Assembly (NCBI GenBank): GCA_964359365.1
Contig: CAYHSQ010000001.1
Span: 1-27,055, forward strand
DNA: 27,055 nucleotides
From: an uncultured Candidatus Saccharibacteria bacterium
Lineage (GTDB): Bacteria; Patescibacteriota; Minisyncoccia; UBA6257; UBA11618
Direction: 5' to 3'
Position 1 is the first letter of the stretch; each line of letters begins with the position of its first letter. The notes below the pieces were generated by a model. It ran no database searches. It was not told where the DNA came from and saw only the letters and a list, made by a program, of their open reading frames with translations. Shown here one piece after another: positions 6,133-16,270 of this stretch. The position numbers were made by a program, and so were the translations under genes.

Positions 6133-8502
6133 ATGAAAAATATTAAAAAGTTTCAGGTGAGGGGTATGGATTGCGCATCATGCGCAGCTATTATTGAAAA
6201 GACTTTGAAAAAGGTGGATGGGATAAATAATGTAGAGGTTAATGTTGCGACGGAGATGGCTAAGGTTGAGTTTGATGACCAGAAAATTAAGCCGAGTGAA
6301 TTTTCTAAGATAATAGAACCGTTGGGGTATAGTCTTGTTGGTAATGATATGGATAAGATTCCTGCCTCCTTAGGAATGACAATGAGTGAGATGGGAATGA
6401 CAGGTGGTGGGGATATGCCGAGTGCGAGTGAAATGGGGATGTCGGCTTCGGAACACGCTGCGCATTTGGGGATTAATCAATCTAAAGAGGAGAAGTTGGC
6501 TGAGGTTGATGCTATGAAGAGGGTGGTTTTAAGTGCCTTGCCGCTTGCTATAATTAGTATTTTTGTGATGGGCTGGGATATTTTGGCTCAGTTTAGTTAT
6601 GCCTTGCCGATGAGTGAAATAGTGGAGGAATTTTTTCATCATTTACTACCTTTGATGGCGACTTATGCGCTGTTTGTGGTGGGGAAGCCTTATTTATTGG
6701 GTGTATATCGATTTATGCGTTATGGGGTGGCGAATATGGATACCTTAATTGGGATTGGGACTTTGGTGGCGTATGTTTATAGTTTTATAATGACGGCCTT
6801 TGAAGAACCGTTAAAAATATATTTGGACACGAGCCATACATATTACGATGTGACGATTGTGGTAATTACCTTTATTGCCTTGGGGAAATATTTGGAGGCT
6901 CGAAGTAAAGTAAAAACGGGTGAGGCGATTGAAAAATTATTGGGTTTGCAGGCGAAGACGGCTTTAGTGATTAGGGATGGAAAGGAGGTTGAGGTGGCTG
7001 TGTCTGAAATTGTACATGGCGATTTGATTGTCGTGAAACCTGGGTCGAAGATTCCGGTGGATGGGGTGATTACTGAGGGTGAGTCTTTTATTGATGAGGC
7101 GATGGTGACTGGGGAGCCGATGCCGGTTTCGAAAACTACAGGAGATAAGGTTATGAGTGGGACTTTGAATATTACCGGTGCTTTTATTTTTAAGGCGACG
7201 AAGGTGGGGTCGGAAACACTACTGGCTCAGATTATTAAAATGGTGAGTGAGGCGCAGGGAAGTCGGGCGCCGATTCAGGGATTGGCTGACAAAATTTCTG
7301 GGATATTTGTACCGATTGTTTTAGTAATTGCTGTTTTATCTTTAGCTACTTGGCTTTATTTTGGCATTGGAATTTTAGGTCTGTCCGAGGCTTTAGCTTT
7401 GGGTTTATCAGCTTTTGTAGGAGTTTTAGTAATCGCTTGTCCTTGCGCTTTAGGGCTTGCAACACCGACTGCAATTATTGTGGGAGTGGGAAAGGGGGCG
7501 AGTGAAGGGATTTTGATAAAGGATGCGGCGACTTTGGAAAAATTACATAAAGTAGATGTGTTGGTGTTTGATAAAACTGGTACCGTTACAAAGGGAAAGC
7601 CTGAATTAATGAAGATTAAAAATTATTCGGAGCAGAGTGATTCGGAGTTGGTTATGATTCTAGCGGCGCTGGAAAGTAAATCTGAGCATCCGATTGCGGG
7701 GGCGATATTAAATTATGCTAAGGAGAATAAGATAGATTTGTTGCCGGTGACAAAATTTGAGAGTGTGAAGGGGAAGGGATTGAGGGGTTTTGTTCTCGGT
7801 AAGGAATATGTGGCAGGGAACGCAAAAATGATGAGCGATTTGGGGGTGGAGTTTGATAAGAAATTTTTTGAAAAAGAAAGTTTGGAGGGGAAGACACCGA
7901 TAATTTTAGCTCAAGGAATAGTTGCGCTTGGGGTGTTTATGGTGGCGGACATGATTAAGCCGGAAGCAACTTTGGCTTTGATGAGCTTGAAAAAGATGGG
8001 GATTAAGACTTTGATGCTCACTGGAGATAATAAAAATACGGCGAAATTTATTGCGAAACAGTTGGGAATTGATGAGGTGCTGGCGGAGATGATGCCGGAG
8101 GATAAATTGAAAAAAATTAAGGAGTTGCAGAAAAAAGGTTTGATTGTGGCGATGGCGGGCGATGGCGTGAATGATGCCCCGGCGTTAGCGATTGCTGACG
8201 TGGGGATTGCGATGGGCACTGGGACGGATGTGGCGATTGAAACGGCTGGGATCACATTACTCGCCGGAGATATTAGTAAGCTCCTGAAGGCGATTAGGTT
8301 GTCGAAGATGACGATGCGGGGAATTAAACAGAATTTATTTTGGGCTTTTATTTATAATTTTTTGGGGATTCCGCTCGCCGCCGGATTATTTTATCCGATT
8401 TTTGGGTGGGTATTGTCGCCAGTGTTTGCTGGGCTTGCGATGGCTTTTTCTTCGGTGTCGGTGGTCGCTAATTCTTTAAGATTGAAAACTATTAGGTTAT
8501 AA
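6133..8502 (+). CDS. copA: Cu(I)-translocating P1B-1 ATPase
   Basis: HMA motif GMDCASC, CPC in TM, DKTGT, SEHP, GDGVND, YN and MAFSS. Confidence 0.95.
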   Translation: MKNIKKFQVRGMDCASCAAIIEKTLKKVDGINNVEVNVATEMAKVEFDDQKIKPSEFSKIIEPLGYSLVGNDMDKIPASLGMTMSEMGMTGGGDMPSASEMGMSASEHAAHLGINQSKEEKLAEVDAMKRVVLSALPLAIISIFVMGWDILAQFSYALPMSEIVEEFFHHLLPLMATYALFVVGKPYLLGVYRFMRYGVANMDTLIGIGTLVAYVYSFIMTAFEEPLKIYLDTSHTYYDVTIVVITFIALGKYLEARSKVKTGEAIEKLLGLQAKTALVIRDGKEVEVAVSEIVHGDLIVVKPGSKIPVDGVITEGESFIDEAMVTGEPMPVSKTTGDKVMSGTLNITGAFIFKATKVGSETLLAQIIKMVSEAQGSRAPIQGLADKISGIFVPIVLVIAVLSLATWLYFGIGILGLSEALALGLSAFVGVLVIACPCALGLATPTAIIVGVGKGASEGILIKDAATLEKLHKVDVLVFDKTGTVTKGKPELMKIKNYSEQSDSELVMILAALESKSEHPIAGAILNYAKENKIDLLPVTKFESVKGKGLRGFVLGKEYVAGNAKMMSDLGVEFDKKFFEKESLEGKTPIILAQGIVALGVFMVADMIKPEATLALMSLKKMGIKTLMLTGDNKNTAKFIAKQLGIDEVLAEMMPEDKLKKIKELQKKGLIVAMAGDGVNDAPALAIADVGIAMGTGTDVAIETAGITLLAGDISKLLKAIRLSKMTMRGIKQNLFWAFIYNFLGIPLAAGLFYPIFGWVLSPVFAGLAMAFSSVSVVANSLRLKTIRL

Positions 8503-8503
8503 A

Positions 8504-9523
8504 ATGAAAAAATATTTATTTCATATTAGCGGGATGCACTGTAAGTCTTGCGTGGTTTTAAGTGAGAGTGAGGTTTTGGAGCTGAAAGAGGTGGTGAGCG
8601 CTAAGGCTTCGCTCGCTCACCATACTTTGGAAGTGGAGGCGGACTTTGGTGATAAGGAGTTATTTCATGTGATGGATGATTTAAATGTGGTTTTGAAACC
8701 TCATGGGTATACTTTGTCTTTAGAAAAAAAGAATCATGATAAAAAGTGGGGTGATTTTATTTATGCGGTGCCGATGGCTTTAGGATTTATTATTTTGTTT
8801 GTAGTGTTGCAAAAATTAGGGATTGTTAATTTGATTGGGGGTGGGAAGATTGGTTATGGGACGGCATTCTTAATTGGTCTAGTTGCTTCTGTGTCGAGTT
8901 GTATGGCGGTCGTGGGAGGGTTAGTACTTTCAATGTCGGCAAATTTTACAAAAGAGGGGGATAAAATTCGACCGCAAATCTCATTTCATTTAGGTAGGTT
9001 GATTTCCTTTTTTGTTTTTGGTGGAGTGATTGGGGCTTTAGGGTCGGTGTTTCAATTAGGTTTAGTGGGGACTTTTTGGTTGGGAATGGGTTTGGGTTTA
9101 GTGATGATAATTTTAGGAGTTAATTTGCTAGATATTTTTCCGGGGGCGAAAAGGTTTCAAGTAACCTTGCCAGGATTTTTAGGGAGGTGGGTTCATACTT
9201 TGAAAAATTTAAATCATAGCGTGACGCCATTTTTAGTGGGTGTAGTTACTTTCTTTTTACCATGTGGCTTTACGCAGTCGATGCAAATTTATGCCTTGAG
9301 TACCGGGAGTTTTTTTGCTGGAGCTATGTTTATGTTGGTTTTTGCTCTGGGAACTTTGCCGGTGTTAGGTTTGATTAGCTTCAGTTATTTTGGAGTTTCG
9401 AAGAAATCTCAATCAGGAGTTTTCTTTAAGACTACTGGCTTGATTGTGATATTTTTTGGAATCTTTAATATTATTAATAGTTTAGTCGCAGCGGGAATAA
9501 TTCTACCGCTTTATAGTTTTTGA
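8504..9523 (+). CDS. HMA domain plus DsbD_2/TauE-like membrane protein
   Basis: N-terminal GMHCKSC, then TM Cys motifs SSCMAVVGG and FLPCGFTQ; about 7 TM helices; starts 1 nt after the copA stop. Confidence 0.85.
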   Translation: MKKYLFHISGMHCKSCVVLSESEVLELKEVVSAKASLAHHTLEVEADFGDKELFHVMDDLNVVLKPHGYTLSLEKKNHDKKWGDFIYAVPMALGFIILFVVLQKLGIVNLIGGGKIGYGTAFLIGLVASVSSCMAVVGGLVLSMSANFTKEGDKIRPQISFHLGRLISFFVFGGVIGALGSVFQLGLVGTFWLGMGLGLVMIILGVNLLDIFPGAKRFQVTLPGFLGRWVHTLKNLNHSVTPFLVGVVTFFLPCGFTQSMQIYALSTGSFFAGAMFMLVFALGTLPVLGLISFSYFGVSKKSQSGVFFKTTGLIVIFFGIFNIINSLVAAGIILPLYSF

Positions 9524-9587
9524 AGACAGAAATTAAGAGTTAATAATTATAAATTAGGAAAATGAATTTATTAAAATATATTTAATT

Positions 9588-9977
9588 ATGAAAATTATTT
9601 TTTGGTCTTTGGTGGTTGTAGTGGTTTTGGGAGGGTGGTTTTTGCTTTCTAGGGGGGTAAATAAAAATAGTGGTAATGAAAAAGAGGGTGATAATGTTTC
9701 TATGGTTATTGGAAAGCAGGTGATTAATATTTTAGCGAAGGGGGGATATTCGCCTCGAGTGACTTTGGCGAAAGCGGATTTGCCATCAGTTATAAAAATG
9801 CAGACTAATGGGACTTTTGATTGTTCGGCATCAGTCACGATTCCAAGTTTGAATTATAGGACGATGCTTGTGCCTACTGGGGTGAGTGAGGTGGAAGTGC
9901 CAGCCCAAAAAGCAGGAGCGGTGTTGCGAGGGTCGTGTGGGATGGGGATGTATAGTTTTGAGATTAGGTTTAGTTAG
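9588..9977 (+). CDS. Membrane-anchored cupredoxin-fold protein (CupA-like copper chaperone)
   Basis: N-terminal TM helix, GGYSP, an upstream Cys (FDCS) and C-terminal SCGMGMY. Confidence 0.8.
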   Translation: MKIIFWSLVVVVVLGGWFLLSRGVNKNSGNEKEGDNVSMVIGKQVINILAKGGYSPRVTLAKADLPSVIKMQTNGTFDCSASVTIPSLNYRTMLVPTGVSEVEVPAQKAGAVLRGSCGMGMYSFEIRFS

Positions 9978-9980
9978 GTA

Positions 9981-10008
9981 ATGACAGAAGTTGAAAAATT
10001 AGTATTAT
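9981..10008 (+). promoter_or_regulatory. Probable leaderless promoter of the cysteine desulfurase gene
   Basis: ATGACA-16 nt-TATTAT, then 7 nt to ATG 10016. Confidence 0.4.
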
Positions 10009-10015
10009 AGAGAGA

Positions 10016-11158
10016 ATGGCAAAGAAGACTTTATATTTTGATAATGCGGCTTCGACGAAGCTCGACCCTGCGGTGAAAAAGGCGATGATGCCTTATTTTG
10101 ATAAGATTTATGCTAATGCTGGCGGTTTACATTTGATGGCTCAGCAAGCTTCGGCGGGGATTTATGAGGCGCGGAAGCAGGTGGCGGCGACTTTAGGGAC
10201 GGGTTTCAGGCAAATCTTTTTTACTGGTTCGGCGACGGAGGCGAATAATATGGTGTTGCGGGGGGTGGTGAAAAAATATGGGAAGGGGAAGATTGTGGTT
10301 TCGACCGTGGAGCATGATTCGGTTTTGGAAACAGCTTTGGATTTGAAACGTGAGGGGGTAGAGGTGGATTTTATTGGGGTGAATGAGGAGGGAATGCTGG
10401 ATTTGAAAGCATTGGAGAAGGCGATTGATAAAAACACGATTTTAGTTTCTTTGATGTATGCAAATAATGAGATTGGGACTTTGTTTCCGATTGAGAAGAT
10501 TGGAAAGATGCTTCGAGAGAAGCGAGCTCTTGGGTTTCCGGTTTTGTTTCATACGGATGCGGTACAGGCATTTCAATATTTAGATTGTTCGGTGGAAAGA
10601 TTGGGGGTGGATTTCTTAACTTTATCAGGGCATAAGATTTATGGACCGAAGGGGGTGGGGGCGCTTTATGTGCGAGATAGAAGTAATTTGGAATCGGTAA
10701 TGACTGGCGGTGGACAAGAAGAGGGGTTGCGTAGTGGGACAGAAAATACGCCTTATATAGTAGCGATGGGGAAGGCGGTGGAGCTTGCTCAAAAAATAAG
10801 AGAGAAAGAAAGTAAGCGGATCCGCGGCCTGAGAGATAGGCTATGGCAGGGAATTCAGAAAATTTTACCGGAAGCGGAATTAAACGGCAGCTTTGAAGAA
10901 AGGTTACCGAATAATTTAAATGTTTATTTTCCGGGGCGGGGAGCGCAGGATTTAGGGATTGAGTTTGATTTATTTGGGATAGCGGTGTCGCCCGGCGTGG
11001 CTTGTGCAGCTCGAACTGCGAAGCCATCCCATGTTTTAACTGCTTTAGGCATACATGATGCTCGTCCACATCAAAGTTTGAGGTTTTCTTTAGGGAAATT
11101 TACGACGGCGGAAGAGGTGAGGGCCTGTTTACAAATCTTAAAAAATAGGTTTAAATAG
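10016..11158 (+). CDS. iscS: Cysteine desulfurase, IscS/NifS group I
   Basis: YFDNAAST, HTDAVQ, PLP lysine motif SGHKIYGPKG, RSGTEN and catalytic Cys in SPGVAC. Confidence 0.9.
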   Translation: MAKKTLYFDNAASTKLDPAVKKAMMPYFDKIYANAGGLHLMAQQASAGIYEARKQVAATLGTGFRQIFFTGSATEANNMVLRGVVKKYGKGKIVVSTVEHDSVLETALDLKREGVEVDFIGVNEEGMLDLKALEKAIDKNTILVSLMYANNEIGTLFPIEKIGKMLREKRALGFPVLFHTDAVQAFQYLDCSVERLGVDFLTLSGHKIYGPKGVGALYVRDRSNLESVMTGGGQEEGLRSGTENTPYIVAMGKAVELAQKIREKESKRIRGLRDRLWQGIQKILPEAELNGSFEERLPNNLNVYFPGRGAQDLGIEFDLFGIAVSPGVACAARTAKPSHVLTALGIHDARPHQSLRFSLGKFTTAEEVRACLQILKNRFK

Positions 11159-11252
11159 AGGAAGAAAGAGGTATTCTTACGTCTTACATAGGTTTCAGAG
11201 AATGCGAGAATAATAAGTAGTCGCTAATTAGTGTTAGATAAACTTTATTTAT

Positions 11253-13904
11253 ATGAAACAAGGAGGACAACATAAATTTACTTTAAAAGCTCAGGAAGCC
11301 TTGCAAGTAGGCCAGGATTTGGCGGCTTCGAGGAATCATGGGGAATTTCGGGGGGCGCATTTGCTATCGGCTTTAATTGCTGATGGACAGTCTTTGGTTC
11401 AGCCAATGCTGGCGCGAGCGGGGGTGGATTTGCAGGCGCTTTTTCATGAGATTGAGCAAGATTTAGGACACTTGCCACGAGTTTTAGCGAGCTCTCAGGT
11501 GGGGCAGCTTTATTTGTCGCAGGAAATTATGGCGATTTTAGATAGGGCGTTTAAGATTTCGGTGGCGCAAAAAGATGAGTTTATTTCTTGTGAACATTTA
11601 CTTTTAGCTTTACTTGATGTGCCTTCGACGGCGCAGGAGATTTTGGCTTCGTTTGGCTTGAGAAGGGAGACGATGATTCGAATTTTGGCGCAATTGCGTG
11701 GTTCAACTCGGGTGACAGATGAGGCGCCGGAAACTAAATTCCAAGTGCTCGAAAAATACGCGGTGAATTTAACGGATAAGGCGAGAGATGGAAAGTTGGA
11801 TCCGGTGATTGGCCGCGAGGAGGAGCTCCGACGGGTGATTCAGATTTTAAGTCGTAGGACAAAAAATAACCCGGTTTTAATTGGTGAGCCTGGTGTGGGA
11901 AAGACGGCGATTGTGGAGGGTTTGGCGCAGAGAATTGTGCAGGGCGAGGTGCCAGAACCATTAAAAGGAAAAGAAGTGGTGATGCTTGATATTGGGTCTT
12001 TGATTGCTGGAACGAAGTTCCGTGGTGAATTTGAAGATCGATTGAAGGCTTTTATTAAAGAAATTAATAATTCTCAAGGAAAGATTATTCTTTTCATTGA
12101 TGAGTTACATATGATTGTGGGCGCAGGAGCGGCAGAAGGTGCGGTGGATGCGTCTAATTTACTGAAGCCATCTTTGGCACGAGGAGAGTTACGAGCGATT
12201 GGGGCGACGACTTTGAAAGAGTATCAAAAACATATTGAAAAAGATTCGGCTTTGGAAAGGCGCTTTCAGCCGATTTTAGTGGAAGAGCCAAGTCCTGAAG
12301 ATGCGATTGCGATTTTGCGTGGTTTGAAAGAGAAGTATGAGGTGCATCATGGTTTAAGAATTTCAGATGAAGCGATTATTGCTTCAGTGAATTTGTCGGC
12401 GCGCTATATTACCGATCGATTTTTGCCAGATAAGGCGGTGGACTTAATGGATGAGGCGGCGGCGGCGAGAAGATTGGAGACTGAGAGTTTGCCTCGCGAG
12501 ATTGATACTTTTAGAAGGGATATTACACGACTTGAAATAGAGAAGTCGGCTTTGACGCACGAAGAAAATGAGGTAAAAAACAAGAAACGTTTAAGTGTAA
12601 TTAACAAAGAGCTAAAGGACTTAAAAGAAAAGAATGATGAGTTGTCTTCGATGTGGCACGCGGAAAAGTTGGCATTTGAAAATTTACATAATTTAAGAAG
12701 AAAGATTGATGAGCTCCGAAGAAAGATTGAGGTAGCGGAGCGTGAGGGTAATTTGGAGGTGGTGGCGCAGACTTTATATGGCGAATTGCCAAAAGCTGAG
12801 ACTGATTATAAGGCTTTAGAGAAAAAACATTTTGGTGGGAAAACTAAAATGCAAAAAAGTGAGAAGTTTTTGAAAGAAGTGGTGGATGAGGAGGATGTGG
12901 CTTCGGTGGTATCTCGTTGGACGGGGATTCCGGTTAACAAGATGCTTGAGACTGAGGCGAAAAAATTGTTGGGCGTGGAAGATGATTTGCGAAAGAGGGT
13001 GGTGGGTCAGGAAGAGGCGATTTCGGCGATTGCTCGGGCGCTTAGGCGCAGTAGGGCGGGTTTGTCGGATGAGAATAAGCCTTTGGGATCTTTCATGTTC
13101 TTGGGGCCAACAGGTGTCGGTAAAACCGAGCTATCAAAGGCTTTGGCGGAATTGATGTTTAATGACGAGAAGGCCTTGGTGCGAGTGGATATGAGTGAGT
13201 TTATGGAAAAGCACGCGGTGAGTAAGTTGATTGGTTCGCCTCCAGGTTATGTGGGATATGATGAGGGCGGGAGCTTGACTGAGGTGTTGCGACATAGGCC
13301 ATATTCTTTAATTTTATTTGATGAAATTGAGAAGGCTCATCCTGAGGTGTTTAATATTTTGCTTCAAGTTTTAGATAATGGAAGATTAACCGATTCTAAA
13401 GGGAAGACGGTGAATTTTAAAAACTCGATTATTATTTTGACTTCGAATGTGGGGAGTCAGTATTTTAGAGAGGCGGCGACGCAAATTGGGTTTGGGACAC
13501 CTTCTAAGGAGGAGCTTCAAAAAGAAAAGGAATCGATGTTTAAGGATAAAGTAAATAAGGCGCTAAAGGATCGTTTTAGACCGGAGTTTTTGAATCGATT
13601 AGATGAGATTGTGATTTTTAATGCTTTGAGTCGTGAGAAGATCGAAGAAATTGTGGAAATTCAATTGAAACAAGTGAAAGCGAAGTTGGCTTTGAAGGGG
13701 ATTACGGCGGATTTTGCTCCAGCGGTGAAGAAATATATCGTGGAGCATGGGTTTGACCCTGATTTTGGAGTGAGGCCGATTAAGCGTTTGATTCAGCGCG
13801 CGATTTTAGATAAGTTGGCTGACAAGATTATTTCTGGTCAGGTAAAAGACGGCGGGAAGGTGAAATTAGATTTTATTGATTCGGAATTAACGGTCAAAAT
13901 CTAG
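11253..13904 (+). CDS. clpB: Hsp100/Clp AAA+ chaperone of ClpB type (long M-domain) carrying an IGF loop
   Basis: Clp N-domain, Walker A motifs GEPGVGKT and GPTGVGKT, long coiled coil, GSPPGYVGY and RPEFLNRLD; IGF at residues 745-747. Confidence 0.9.
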   Translation: MKQGGQHKFTLKAQEALQVGQDLAASRNHGEFRGAHLLSALIADGQSLVQPMLARAGVDLQALFHEIEQDLGHLPRVLASSQVGQLYLSQEIMAILDRAFKISVAQKDEFISCEHLLLALLDVPSTAQEILASFGLRRETMIRILAQLRGSTRVTDEAPETKFQVLEKYAVNLTDKARDGKLDPVIGREEELRRVIQILSRRTKNNPVLIGEPGVGKTAIVEGLAQRIVQGEVPEPLKGKEVVMLDIGSLIAGTKFRGEFEDRLKAFIKEINNSQGKIILFIDELHMIVGAGAAEGAVDASNLLKPSLARGELRAIGATTLKEYQKHIEKDSALERRFQPILVEEPSPEDAIAILRGLKEKYEVHHGLRISDEAIIASVNLSARYITDRFLPDKAVDLMDEAAAARRLETESLPREIDTFRRDITRLEIEKSALTHEENEVKNKKRLSVINKELKDLKEKNDELSSMWHAEKLAFENLHNLRRKIDELRRKIEVAEREGNLEVVAQTLYGELPKAETDYKALEKKHFGGKTKMQKSEKFLKEVVDEEDVASVVSRWTGIPVNKMLETEAKKLLGVEDDLRKRVVGQEEAISAIARALRRSRAGLSDENKPLGSFMFLGPTGVGKTELSKALAELMFNDEKALVRVDMSEFMEKHAVSKLIGSPPGYVGYDEGGSLTEVLRHRPYSLILFDEIEKAHPEVFNILLQVLDNGRLTDSKGKTVNFKNSIIILTSNVGSQYFREAATQIGFGTPSKEELQKEKESMFKDKVNKALKDRFRPEFLNRLDEIVIFNALSREKIEEIVEIQLKQVKAKLALKGITADFAPAVKKYIVEHGFDPDFGVRPIKRLIQRAILDKLADKIISGQVKDGGKVKLDFIDSELTVKI

Positions 13905-13950
13905 AAATTAAGAGTTAAGAATTAGCGATTAGGAGAGGTGGGGATTATTC

Positions 13951-13987
13951 AACAAAAAAAGAACCTTGAAAAAGGTTCTTTTTTGTT
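13951..13987 (+). terminator. Intrinsic terminator after clpB
   Basis: AACAAAAAAAGAACCTT / AAGGTTCTTTTTTGTT inverted repeat. Confidence 0.8.
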
Positions 13988-14046
13988 AAGTCTAGTTTTT
14001 GTGATAAGATTGGCTTGGTTTTTTTACAAGAAATGGAGTGTGCGTA

Positions 14047-15096
14047 ATGGAAAGAGTGGTTGATTTTACTAGATCGGGATTTGATCATGATCCATATTCG
14101 CTTGGGTTGATGCAGGGGCGTTATTTTAGAAGACAAATTTTGGAATTATATAAGGTATTTCGGGGTTTCGCTAAAAAACAGGCGAAGGCAAAGTTTGGTT
14201 TTTTGGGGGGATTGCTGGGTGATCTGCCGCTGACTTATTTTCTGAGTCGGGGTGAAAAATTCGAGCCATTTATTGATAGGTGTTTTAGATTGGAAATGCG
14301 AGGTATGGCTCTAGGGGCAGGAGTAGATTATAACTTTATTCGGATTATTAATGTTTTGGATGACGTGGTTAATCTTTCCCTGTGTTCGGTAGTGGGGATG
14401 CGAGATTTAAATACGAATGATTATGTTTATGCGGCGAATCTTGATTACCCAATATTTCTGGAGACGATGCGGAATAATGTGTTTGTGATGAAGAAGGGTA
14501 ATTTCATCAGCGTCGGTTTTCCGGGTTATGTTGGAGTTTTGCGGGGGGTGAATCGACATGGTTTGTTTCTGGCGTCGCTGACTAGTAAGACGAAAAAGGC
14601 GAGTAATCGCTTTGGTGTGCCTAATGGGTTGCTTTACAGAGAGATTATTGACGGAGCTCATTCTCTTGAGGAAGTCCTAGAATTAATTAGGGGCGCTTAT
14701 CTTGGAGCGAGCAATAATGTGCTTTTGGGGACAAAGGACGAAGCACTTCTTGTGGAATTCAATCAAGATCATGTTTGCGAGATTGGGCGGAAGTGTAATG
14801 CGGTCGCGGTGACTAATCACTTTCGTTCGCCGGCGCTTACTCCATATCAAGAAATGGTAAAGCCTAATTTTGAAATTGAGGTGAGGTCTGAGCATACCGG
14901 AAAGGATTTTAGTGAGCAACGACTTCGTTGTTTAGGGAGCTTAGATGTTTCTAATTTAAAAGAGGCTTTTACTACTCAAGAACCACTTTTAAATGATGGC
15001 ACCGTATTTACTACTTTGGTGGATTTTAGTAAAAATGAACTGACTGTAGTGATTCCGCATCGAAAGGAAGAATTAATTGTGCCACTTACTTGGTGA
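14047..15096 (+). CDS. Peptidase C45 / acyl-CoA:6-APA acyltransferase-like Ntn-hydrolase
   Basis: Putative autocleavage site L|CSVVG (Cys codon 14383), ANLDY, GVLRGVNRHGL and AVTNHF. ATG 14047 is preferred because GGAG lies 8 nt upstream. Confidence 0.75.
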   Translation: MERVVDFTRSGFDHDPYSLGLMQGRYFRRQILELYKVFRGFAKKQAKAKFGFLGGLLGDLPLTYFLSRGEKFEPFIDRCFRLEMRGMALGAGVDYNFIRIINVLDDVVNLSLCSVVGMRDLNTNDYVYAANLDYPIFLETMRNNVFVMKKGNFISVGFPGYVGVLRGVNRHGLFLASLTSKTKKASNRFGVPNGLLYREIIDGAHSLEEVLELIRGAYLGASNNVLLGTKDEALLVEFNQDHVCEIGRKCNAVAVTNHFRSPALTPYQEMVKPNFEIEVRSEHTGKDFSEQRLRCLGSLDVSNLKEAFTTQEPLLNDGTVFTTLVDFSKNELTVVIPHRKEELIVPLTW

Positions 15097-15197
15097 ATTA
15101 GAGATGTTAAATAATGCCGCCTAGCTTAAAGCTTGAGCGGCGTTTTAATTTGAAAATTTTGAATTTTAAGGATTTGGTTTTATATTGGAGGAATTAT

Positions 15198-15953
15198 ATG
15201 TTTCAGATTGGTCAGGTGTATATTCCTCACAAGAATTTAATAATTAAGAGTATTTTAGTGGCTTTTTTTTGGTATCAATACGCTGTTTTTGGAGGATTAT
15301 TTTGGTTTTTGGGGTGGCTTTTAGTGGTTGGTTATGGCTTTTTTAGGCCTAAATTAAAGTTTTCACCTCAATTAATCTCTTTTATTGTTTGGTTTTTAAG
15401 TGCTTTTTTGGCTGCTAACTATGATTTTTGGCCATTTGTTTTGCGGTATTTGAGTTTGGTTTTGGGGGCGATTTTCTTTGTGATTTTGATTTTGCATGAT
15501 GAGGTTTTGGAGGATCCTGGTATTTCTAGGAAATTTGAGACTGGGAAGATTTTGGCCTTGTTTTATCTAATTTTATTAGGTTTTTTTAGTATTAATTGGG
15601 CTAGTTTTTATGTTTGGAAGTGGTTTTTGACCGCTATTTTATTAGGTTTTTTGTGGTTTGAGTGGTTATTGTGCGAAAAAACCACAGAATCTTTTTTGAA
15701 ACCTTTAGTGGCCAGTTTGGCGATAGGATTGTTTTCGGCAGAAATGCTTGTGGTTTTGAGCTGGCTACCCTTAGGGAGTTTGGCTTTGGCTAATTTTGCT
15801 TGGATTTTTGAGGTTTTGAGCGGGGATTTATTGATTAGCTATTGGCATAAAAACCTTGATTTTAAAGGTGTTTTTAGGGATATCTGCTTATTTTTAGCCT
15901 TATCTTTGGTGATTTTATTGACGGCTAGCTGGGGGAGATTGGGGGCGATGTAA
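15198..15953 (+). CDS. Multi-pass membrane protein (possibly DUF5656-like)
   Basis: About 8 hydrophobic helices; GGAGG SD before ATG 15198. The family guess is from memory only. Confidence 0.7.
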   Translation: MFQIGQVYIPHKNLIIKSILVAFFWYQYAVFGGLFWFLGWLLVVGYGFFRPKLKFSPQLISFIVWFLSAFLAANYDFWPFVLRYLSLVLGAIFFVILILHDEVLEDPGISRKFETGKILALFYLILLGFFSINWASFYVWKWFLTAILLGFLWFEWLLCEKTTESFLKPLVASLAIGLFSAEMLVVLSWLPLGSLALANFAWIFEVLSGDLLISYWHKNLDFKGVFRDICLFLALSLVILLTASWGRLGAM

Positions 15954-16120
15954 CAAAACAATTTGTTTTCACGTTATCCTTTGTAGAACTCCCAAAAAGT
16001 TTGTTTTTCTTTCGTTTAGCTGATCTTCGGGGAAAAGGCTGATTTTTTTACTAAAAATCTAGGTTTTATAAGGTTTTTGGTATAAAATAGTGGTTTGAGA
16101 GGGATTTGTGTCCTTCTGGA

Positions 16121-16149
16121 TTGACTTTTTCCATCAATTCGGCTATAAT
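16121..16149 (+). promoter_or_regulatory. Near-consensus sigma70 promoter
   Basis: TTGACT-17 nt-TATAAT; predicted TSS about 16156. Confidence 0.8.
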
Positions 16150-16155
16150 AGACAG

Positions 16156-16270
16156 AATAACAAATTGAATATCACTTGTTTGGTGTGAGGCCAAAGCAAG
16201 ACAGTAGTCATCCCTAAAGGATGGCGCTCAAGCTTGTTTTTACTCACTCCGAATCAATTTCGGAGTTTTT
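16156..16270 (+). ncRNA. Candidate structured cis-regulatory RNA or small RNA (unassigned family)
   Basis: Starts at the predicted TSS. Predicted three-way junction: P1 16159-16168/16228-16238, P2 16175-16200, P3 16207-16225. It ends in a terminator. Confidence 0.5.
16246..16270 (+). terminator. Intrinsic terminator inside the 5' leader of the S-layer-like gene
   Basis: ACTCCGAA-tcaat-TTCGGAGT followed by TTTTGTTTGTT. Confidence 0.75.

Noticed and set aside
11159-11252. CIRCE or CtsR heat-shock operator upstream of clpB
   Set aside because: No TTAGCACTC-N9-GAGTGCTAA and no CtsR heptad repeat; only loose GCTAA/TTAG fragments.
1537-14919. Antisense or alternate-frame ORFs over genes (e.g. 3073..3348, 7911..8255, 10371..11069, 12886..13155, 14407..14661)
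   Set aside because: Shadows of well-supported genes; their Pro/Ser/His/Lys-rich composition follows from the G/T skew of the + strand.
16156-16245. Assignment as a purine or c-di-GMP-I riboswitch, tRNA, SRP RNA or tmRNA
   Set aside because: The purine J2/3 core and the c-di-GMP-I GGCAAA/GACGCAAA motifs are missing, and there is no cloverleaf, SRP loop or tmRNA end; left unassigned.
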